Assembly (NCBI GenBank): GCA_043228905.1
Contig: JBHGNT010000008.1
Coordinates: forward strand, 1,550,001 to 1,614,000
Origin: Azolla caroliniana
Taxonomy: Eukaryota; Plantae; Polypodiophyta
Direction of reading: 5' to 3'
DNA: 64,000 bases
This document shows positions 58,414 through 64,000 of the stretch, in pieces. Position 1 is the stretch's first letter. The number at the start of each line of letters is the position of its first letter. The notes beneath the pieces were generated by a model. That model was not told where the DNA came from. It saw only the letters and a list, made by a program, of their open reading frames with translations, and ran no database searches. The translations under genes and the position numbers were made by a program.

Positions 58414-60859
58414 GCGCGATGGTTGAGAACCTCTGCTGCTGACAACCGATTTCCAAAGATGAACCCTAACTTCCGGAAAAGCATAGACCGAAAAGAAGAA
58501 AGATGTTGACAAAAGTATGGCGAGCTCATTTCCAACATAAAAGCTCAACCGGAGCAAGTATGCGTCCTCGTTGTATAAAATGTAGAAGTACCTATTGGGG
58601 CACAGATACTAGAGTTATGTGGAAGGAGCAAATGTAGTAGCGCCAAATTCGGCACACAAGGACTTCCCGGTATGGGAAGAAGGCGGCACCGGAAACCGGC
58701 AATCAAAAGCCGACACGGAATGTTGGTATTGTGGCAAAAAAGGCCACCGGGAAAGCGAGTGTTGGACGAAACGTGTTGATCCAGATAAATCCGGACAAGG
58801 GAGCCGACAAAGCTTGCATTACGCTGAAAGATCAAAAGGATTTGGGACCGAAAAGACCAGAAAAGGGCCAGCCTTTGTGATGAAGCACAAGGCAAACTCT
58901 ATGAAGAAGACCACTTCTGGATCGGAGGAAGTGTGGTACGTTGACTCCAGAGCATCTAACCACATGACGAGCCATGCAAAGTGGTTCTTGTTTCTAGAAA
59001 AGCCGAAGCAACCAGGAGTTGTCAAAACCGGAGATGACACTCCTCAGCCGATAGTGCATGTCGAAGAAGTCCCCTTGAGTCATGTCGGACAACAAGGGAA
59101 GTTTATGAACGTGCTTAACGTCCCGACAATCACAAAGAACCTAGTATCGGTCGGGCAGATCGTTGACCAGGGAATGCAGGTGTGGTTTACACACCTTGGA
59201 TGCTTCATTGTGGAAGAGTGTCGGATCATCATGCAAGGGCACCGAGACGGGAGGATGTTCATCCTTGACACCAACGACGTTGGCAATCCTTTGTTCGCAA
59301 AAGGACAGAAGGGCGAATCAGATATCGACCTATGGCACAAGTGGATTGGCCATGTCAATTATTGGAGGCTTCAAGACCTGCAATCGTAACAGGTTGTTTT
59401 CGGATTGCCAAAATTCAGTGGCTGGAAGGCCCAAATTCGGGAAGCAACCCCGGTTCTGTTCCCCACCGAAAGAAACCGGAGTTGTAACAAGCTCGATCTA
59501 ATACATTCGAATGTATGGGGACCAACATAGAATGTTAGTCTTGGTGGGAGCCGATATTTCGTCTCCTTCATCGACGACTACAACCGGCAGACATGGATCT
59601 ACCTAATCGAAAGCAAAATCGAAGTTTTCGACTGTTTCCGAAACCTGGAAAGTCTTGTAGAACGGGAAACGGAGAGGAAGATCAAGTGCCTGCGGTAGGA
59701 TTGTGGAAAAGAATATTTTTCTGGCCAATTCAACAATTATCTGCAATAGAAAGGAATTCAGAGGGAATTTAGCTAGCGATACACATCGAAACAAAACGGT
59801 GTGGCCAAAAGGAAGAACTAGTCAATTGTGGAGGCAACACGGGCGATGCTCAAGGAAAAAAGCATGCCTAAGTTCTACTGGGCCAAAGTAGTCCAGACGG
59901 TCATCTACATCCAAAACTGATCAGGGAGAAGGTGTCAACACATGAACTGTATTTCGGGCGGACGCTGAACTTAATACACCCGAGGATATTCTGCAGCATT
60001 GCCTATGTGCATGTACCAGATGAGAAGCGGAGAAAGTTGGACCCGAAATCGGAGAAGTGCATTTTGGTTGGCTACTCACATGAGCAAAAGGGGTATAAGT
60101 GCTACAACCCCCGGAATAAAGACAGTTCGAGTAAGCCGAGATGTCAAATTTGACGAATCAGCATCATGGTACTCTCTACCGACTCCGATGTCCGACTTCG
60201 ACCTGATTTCGGAAGATGAAGAAAGATTCGGTACTCTAGATGAGAGTTCGATCTCATTTGGCTGAGCGGGCCGAATGCAGCACTAAGTCAGAAGGACCAG
60301 CAAGACGATGAGCAGGCGAGTAGCGGAGAGTCCACCGTGCTTTCCCCGCGCAAGGAACCAAGAGACGGTTCACACGCAAATAAAAAGGGAAGAAGACGAT
60401 GTCAGAATATGACACCAGTAGAGATGACTCGGATTGGAGCAAATCCAACTCCGGACAGAATGAGGACAAACCTTCAAAGATGAAGTCTGATCCGGCCAAG
60501 AGGGCCTTGAAATCGCCTGACGAGAAGTTGCATCGATCGACCTGCCAGAAGTACCCCGTCGAATGGTATGGTTATAACGAGTACATGGCACATCACTATG
60601 CGTACATGACGAAAGTGGCGGAAGTGTGTGGGCCTGAGAGCTACGCAGAAGCGGGAAGGGACACACATTGTCGTGCCACAATGGAGGAAGAGATGCGGAC
60701 ACTTGATGCCAACGACACGTGGGACCTGGTTGACCCTCCTCGACATCACAAACCGATCAGTTGCAAGTGGGTGTACAAGGTAAAGTATAATGATGACGGT
60801 TTGGTCAACCAATATAAGGTCCAGATAGTGGCCAAAGGATACATGCAGACCCACAGAAT

Positions 60860-61382
60860 TGTTGAGAATAGTGCGGAATATAGCTCGACCACAACTGAGT
60901 AATGAATCACTTCAATGAGAATCAAACATAGAAATGGGAAGTGGAGAGTACACAAAGGAAATACATAGGATGTTTACGTGGAAAACCCAAATAGGGAAAA
61001 ACCACGGGAGCCCACGGACTCCAACTATCATTACAAGAGAAAGGTACAATCTGAGCCTCGGAGGCAACGACCTCGAGCTCTGTATCTTCGTCAACTGGCG
61101 GTTACAACAGAGTATCTCTCTGTATCTCACACTCTCTCCCTCTCTATCGCTCTCTCTCTGTACAACAATTACAACAATATGAGCAACTACAACATACAAC
61201 TCTCTCTTACACCTAAAGTGATTGCCCTGAGTCATATTTATACTTCTATGAACTTAGGGCTATTTACAAATCTAGCCTCAATAGGCTTACTCAAGAAATA
61301 TTTACAAATCTGTCTTCTCTTCTGGTTTCTGGATCTCTTCATTCACAGCTGGACCCCATTTGGAGGGACTGATTTCCCAACA
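60860..61382 (-). mobile_element. Solo LTR (copia-type) in Copia-C RT
   Basis: TGTTG..CAACA with TSD AGAAT/GGAAT. The host QTHGIDYDETF motif is restored on removal. Carries the reverse complement of the GGTTTTCCACGT LTR motif. Confidence 0.87.
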
Positions 61383-62939
61383 GGAATCGACTATGATGAG
61401 ACCTTCGCTTCGGTAGCAAAGATGATGACGGTTCGTGTGGTGTTGGCTGTTGTTGCAGCAAGGGGGTGACATCTTCACCAAATGGACATGAAGAATGTTT
61501 TTCTTCAAGGCGACCTTGATGAACAAGTTTACATGATCCAGCCCCCCGGTTTTCAGTCGGAGATGAACAAGTCGGTAATTTGCCGACTCAAGAAGTTGCT
61601 TTACAACTTGAAGCAAACCCCCCGTGCTTGGAATTTGAAGATCATGCACCAATTGTGTAAGATGGGATTTGCAGCCTCGAAGTCAGACTCTTCATTCTTC
61701 ATCCGGAATGGACCGGACGGTTCGATACTATGTATCCTTTTATATGTAGATGATCTAGTCATCATTAGGCCCGGACTTGCTGAAATCGGTTGAGTGAAGT
61801 CCCAATTGTCAGATGCATTTGAAATAAAGGACCTAGGGGACCTTCATTATTTCCCCGTGATCGAAGTGATCCATACCCCCGATAGCATATTGTTATCTCA
61901 ACGACATTATGTGTTGAATATGTTGTAGAAGTTCGGCATGACAGATTGTCAACCAATCTCCAAACCCCTGGACCGAACCTAAAGCTTCGTCCCGACTCAG
62001 GACTAGCTTGCGATGAGAAACGGTTCTGACAAATTGTCGGAAGCCTTATTTATTTAACGATCACCTGACCCAACATAAGATATCCGGTCGGAGAGATTAG
62101 TCAATTCATGCAAAAGCCAACCCTGGCGCACCTTCAGTGTGTGCATCGACTACTGAGGTATTTTAGCGATACTAAGGATCGAGGATTGTTATAATGACAT
62201 GGTATAACCGAAAAGCTATTCGATATACGGATGCCTACTGGGCCGGAGATGCGTCGAATCGACGGTCCACTTCCAGATTTATGTTTTCTCTAGGTAGCGC
62301 GGTTGTTGAGTGGAGCAGCAAAAACTAGCCAACAATGGCTTTGTCGAGCACTAAGGCTGAATATGGGGGCGCTACCATTGCCATCTGTGAAGCCATCCGG
62401 CTTAGGTGACTACTGCAAGACCTCCGGATCAAAGTATCGACTATGATCCCGATCTACTACGACAACATGAGCAACATGCATCTGGCCAAGAACCCTGTGT
62501 TCCATTCTCGGACAAAGCACATAGAAGTGCATTACCACTTTATGCGAGAGCGGGTCCTCAACGGTGAAGTCGAACTCTGGTATGTTTGGACGGATCGGCA
62601 AGTTGCCGACATCTTCACCAAGGCCCTTGGAACCGACAAGTTGCAGCGTTTTTCGGAGATGCTTGGTCTTCAGCATGTCGACATGCCGCGCTTGAGGGGG
62701 AGAACTGGTACTGATACAGGGAGAATCAGAATCGGAACGGAAATCGGGAAAGCAAGAAATGGCGCTAGACAAGCAGTCGGAGAGAAGGAAACAAACGAAG
62801 CAGGGGGAGACAAGAAGAAAAACAGAGCCAAGTCGATTGAAGAAGTCTACACATCCGAACAAGTCGCAACAAGCGGCGACAGTAGCAAAGTCAAGAAGGA
62901 CAAAGTCGACCGGAAGGAGAAGGCGAAGACTCATAATTA

Positions 62940-64000
62940 GCAATGCCTTTGTCCTTCTTAAGGTGTCAACAATTCATTTGGAAGTGACCAGTTTCCCACA
63001 ATAAAAACACGTGAGTCTTCCTCTGGACTTTGACCTGGCATGAGACTTGTCTCTATTTTGAGGACTTCTATGTTTATTTCTTCCTCTACTAAGGTTTTGT
63101 GCCACATTCGCTTCCGATTGAGACATTGCACTCTTATCCTTTCTTCTTGTCTCTTCGTTTAGAATGCTTGTCTTTACTACTTGTAAATACAAGTTCTCTT
63201 CTTGACAAGAAGCACTAAGTGACACTACATAGTTCTTGACGAGAACTAAACGCTCCTTATACGCAATGCTCAGCCACAACCGAGCTTAGAATCATGCACA
63301 AAAAACGGGAAATGAAAGCACGACACAATGGAGAGAAGAGTACACGGGATGTTTAACGTGGAAAACCCTGAGAGGGAAAAACCACGGCAGTCCAATGACT
63401 ACTAACTATCACTATGTCACAATAATTACAACAGTGAGCTCACGGAAGCAACGACCTCGCGCTCACGATCTTTGCCACAGGCGGCGATTACAACAGAGGC
63501 AACGACCTCTCTCTCTCTCTCTGTACACTGTTACGTGCTCTAATCTCGTGCAAAACAAGAATGATAACAACGTATAAAAGTTTGCCCTAAGTCATATTTA
63601 TACTAATATGACTTTTCGGCTATTTACAAATATAGCCTCGATGGGCTCTCAGAAACATATTTACGAATATGTCTCTTCATCCGGTGAGCACTCCTCACCG
63701 GGTCTTCACCATCTGGCTCTCCGTAGCCGGGTACTCCTCATCCGGTTCTTATCGGGTCTGCACCATCCGGCTCTCCGTAGTCGGGTACTCCTCATCCGCT
63801 TCTTACCGGGTCTGCACCATCCGGCTCTCCGTAGCCGGGTACTCCTCATCCGGTTCTCATCGGGTCTACACCATCCGGCTCTCCGTAGCCAGGTACTCGA
63901 TGGTGTAGACCCGATGAGAACCGGAGGGACTTGTCTCCCAACAGTTCTCCTAGCTGTCTGGTAGAGTACGTCGTAGTAATAGAGCCGGCATGGCATCATT
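62940..64000 (-). mobile_element. Deleted Ty1/copia fragment (Copia-D): LTR part about 63290-64000 and gag zinc-knuckle remnant
   Basis: ORF 62974-63279 (ILNEETRRKDK..TCFYCGK) resembles Copia-B gag. 63330-63680 resembles the solo LTR at 60860. Confidence 0.75.
63699..63925. repeat. 54-bp minisatellite (about 3.7 copies) ending in a 27-bp inverted copy
   Basis: Unit CGGGTCTGCACCATCCGGCTCTCCGTAGCCGGGTACTCCTCATCCGGTTCTTAT. 63899-63925 is the reverse complement of 63849-63875. Confidence 0.9.

Larger units (their letters stand above)
52410..62935 (+). mobile_element. Degenerate Ty1/copia (Copia-C): partial 5' LTR ending 52727, Met PBS at 52728, gag-PR-INT-RT-RH 58520-62690, PPT about 62694-62704
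   Basis: CWYCGKKGH, WYVDSRASNHM, LWHKWIGH, LYVDD and HSRTKHIEVHYHFMRE. LTR segment resembles 16413-16809. Outer boundaries are approximate. Confidence 0.88.

Noticed and set aside
63699-63898. CRISPR-like regular repeats
   Set aside because: The 54-bp units are contiguous with no unique spacers, there are no cas genes, and the context is a eukaryotic LTR.

Overview
This is repeat-dense land-plant nuclear DNA, probably from a non-seed plant given the Tcn1-type chromoviruses (an inference). It holds one intact host gene, a 5-exon tropinone-reductase-like SDR at 7740-9789 (-). A segmental-duplicate pseudogene of it lies at 43995-45152 (-). Almost everything else is nested LTR retrotransposons (Ty1/copia, self-priming Tcn1-like chromoviruses, non-chromovirus Ty3/gypsy), plus a hAT MITE and satellites. 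Two patterns stand out. (1) Three pol-less, Gag-only LTR elements sit at 19901-23412, 29310-35244 and 52742-58413. They use tRNA-Trp primers and make 4-bp TSDs that are all centred on CG. In place of pol they carry a long repeat-built frame running into the 3' LTR (1431 aa intact in one copy). They share two covarying hairpins with the pol-encoding gypsy at 1-3079, their likely helper lineage. (2) tRNA-type A-box/B-box motifs recur in antisense orientation near the outer U3 end of several unrelated LTRs. All calls were made by eye, without database searches.
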